From: an uncultured Candidatus Bathyarchaeia archaeon
Lineage (GTDB): Archaea; Thermoproteota; Bathyarchaeia; Bathyarchaeales; DTEX01
Direction: 5' to 3'
DNA: 56,593 nucleotides
NCBI GenBank assembly: GCA_964637155.1
Contig: CAZWWD010000001.1
Coordinates: forward strand, 1 to 56,593
The notes below the pieces were generated by a model. The model was not told where the DNA came from and did not search any database. It saw nothing but the letters and a program-made list of their open reading frames with translations. Made by a program: the position numbers and the translations under genes. Shown here in pieces: positions 55,388 through 56,593 of this stretch. How positions within the stretch are numbered: position 1 is the first letter of the stretch; each line of letters opens with the position of its first letter.

Positions 55388-56395
55388 TCACAATAGACCT
55401 GACCTTAAGTACTCATCCCAGCTCATTTTTCCAATGGCAACATACACTTCTCGAGGTGTCAAAATAGGCCTAAAAAATTTCTGTCCCCCATAGAAAGATA
55501 TTCTTGGACACGCGGTGTTTACGTATGCCTCTATAGTTGGAAACTCAAGCAGTTTTTCTGGCGTAATTTCCCTCATAGCGAGCAGAACTACCTCTTTACC
55601 GCTTTTCTCCAGGTCCTCCTTAATGCTTAATGCTTTTTTAAGGTTAAACTGCCCGATTTTAAGTCCAATAATCACCCCCCATAAATTTGCCTTAGCTGCT
55701 TCCGATATTTCTGCCCACCGCCTATTTATAACCCGTTTAGCTTCATCATCTATTCTACGGGCTTTCCCCTCAAATGGATCAGCAGCAACTACGGGCTTCA
55801 ATGTGGCTAAATATAGTCCTATCGCATGAAATAATCCGCCGCCGACAAAAAGAAATGCCTCCACCACATCTGAAATAGCCTTAGCATTCCTGTAATTGCA
55901 GCCTAAAACTTGACCCGGATACTTCAGCCCAGCTTCGTGTCCAACATAAACTTTCTTGCCGGCTAATCGAAGAATTTCTTCAGCTTCCTTTATCATGTGA
56001 GCATGCTGAACCGTTGTCGTTAAACCAATTTTGCTCCATGGCTCAAGATGATGCAGTGCATCTTTAACAGCATCCCTAATGCCGATGTTTGCTTTAGCCT
56101 CAACGTAAATTACTGGAACATCCACCATTCGTCTTAGATTTCCCATTTCAGAATGACCATAATGAACTATTAAATCCGCTGAAAGCATTTCAGCCTCATT
56201 AACAGCTAGGTCGCATGCCCCATAACATGGATCCGCAGATATGATGGGTAGCGCACCGCTTTCTTCGATGAACGATGCTATTCGCGGCGCCTCAGGTTTC
56301 AGCCCCTCCGGTAGCTGCACTAGGACTCTTCGAGCCTTATGCCTGATAATCTCTCTAGCTACTCTCTCTTCTTCTAAATCAAAGAGGGATGACAA
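55388..56395 (-). CDS. dph2: Diphthamide biosynthesis enzyme Dph2 (2-(3-amino-3-carboxypropyl)histidine synthase)
   Basis: 335 aa. VLVQLPEGLK, DPCYGACD and the three-domain Dph2 pattern. Heads the dph2-methylase-csl4-rpoL cluster. Confidence 0.85.
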   Translation of the reverse strand: MSSLFDLEEERVAREIIRHKARRVLVQLPEGLKPEAPRIASFIEESGALPIISADPCYGACDLAVNEAEMLSADLIVHYGHSEMGNLRRMVDVPVIYVEAKANIGIRDAVKDALHHLEPWSKIGLTTTVQHAHMIKEAEEILRLAGKKVYVGHEAGLKYPGQVLGCNYRNAKAISDVVEAFLFVGGGLFHAIGLYLATLKPVVAADPFEGKARRIDDEAKRVINRRWAEISEAAKANLWGVIIGLKIGQFNLKKALSIKEDLEKSGKEVVLLAMREITPEKLLEFPTIEAYVNTACPRISFYGGQKFFRPILTPREVYVAIGKMSWDEYLRSGLL

Positions 56396-56593
56396 TTCTA
56401 ATCAAATAAGAAAGATTTTTCGGGGAAATATTAACTTATTCTAGAAGCTTTATTAATTCAGCAAATTAGCACAAGCTAGCTTGTTTGTTGAACCATCACC
56501 CTTACTCATGTGAAAAAGTATGCTTTGATAAACAATTTTTTTAATTTAAATGAGAATTACTTCATCCTTTAAGTCCGCGAAATGTTTGTCTCC

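Noticed and set aside
1-56593. CRISPR arrays, tRNA/rRNA genes, transposases, integrases, toxin-antitoxin pairs or other defence and mobile signatures
   Set aside because: Scanning the spacers and translations by eye, I found no direct-repeat arrays, no T-loop/anticodon-arm patterns, no DDE/tyrosine-recombinase-like ORFs and no compositional island apart from the RNA at 31397-31623. Dedicated tools (tRNAscan-SE, CRISPR finders) should confirm this.

Overview
Archaeal chromosomal core region, identified by aIF-1A, Rpo3/10/11, Topo VI, RadA, Orc1/Cdc6, L7Ae, DTD2, two RIO kinases and Csl4/Dph2. Any lineage assignment beyond Archaea would be inference. Coding density is high and no rRNA, tRNA, CRISPR array, transposase or obvious defence island is visible. 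The backbone has four parts. (a) SecE-Spt5-L11-L1-P0. (b) A co-directional block of about 15 kb on the + strand: S13-S4-S11-RpoD-L18e-L13-S9-RpoN-enolase-S2, then Memo-like, mevalonate kinase, isopentenyl-phosphate kinase, IDI2 and GGPP synthase, then GluRS, a kinase-like protein, LarA and L7Ae-S28e-L24e. (c) PheST, FEN-1, an O2-detoxification trio (rubredoxin, flavodiiron protein, ferritin-like protein) and MoeA. (d) aIF1A-Rio1-KH, TopoVI B/A, Cdc6-wHTH-RadA, Sua5 and the RpoL-Csl4-methylase-Dph2 exosome-type cluster. Eight items look most worth follow-up. 1: an unannotated G+C-rich structured RNA of about 0.2 kb (31397-31623, minus sense) with two K-turn hairpins, each followed by ACA, i.e. 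H/ACA-like but with unusual extra closing helices. 2: a D'/C'-type K-loop motif in the L7Ae leader. 3: a UroD/MtaA-fold gene carrying one in-frame TGA and two frameshifts, next to an intact paralogue. 4: a 1049-aa orphan FtsX/MacB-type fusion membrane protein with no ATPase partner in view. 5: a protein with two ParB/Srx-like domains immediately upstream of fen. 6: a Mini-III-like RNase III-fold protein. 7: a translationally coupled Cdc6-wHTH pair followed by a Cys-rich mini-ORF abutting radA. 8: a P0 stalk protein with no acidic tail and no adjacent P1 gene. A 54-aa rubredoxin gene (37069-37233) is missing from the supplied ORF track. All functional calls come from reading motifs in the translations; no database search was run.
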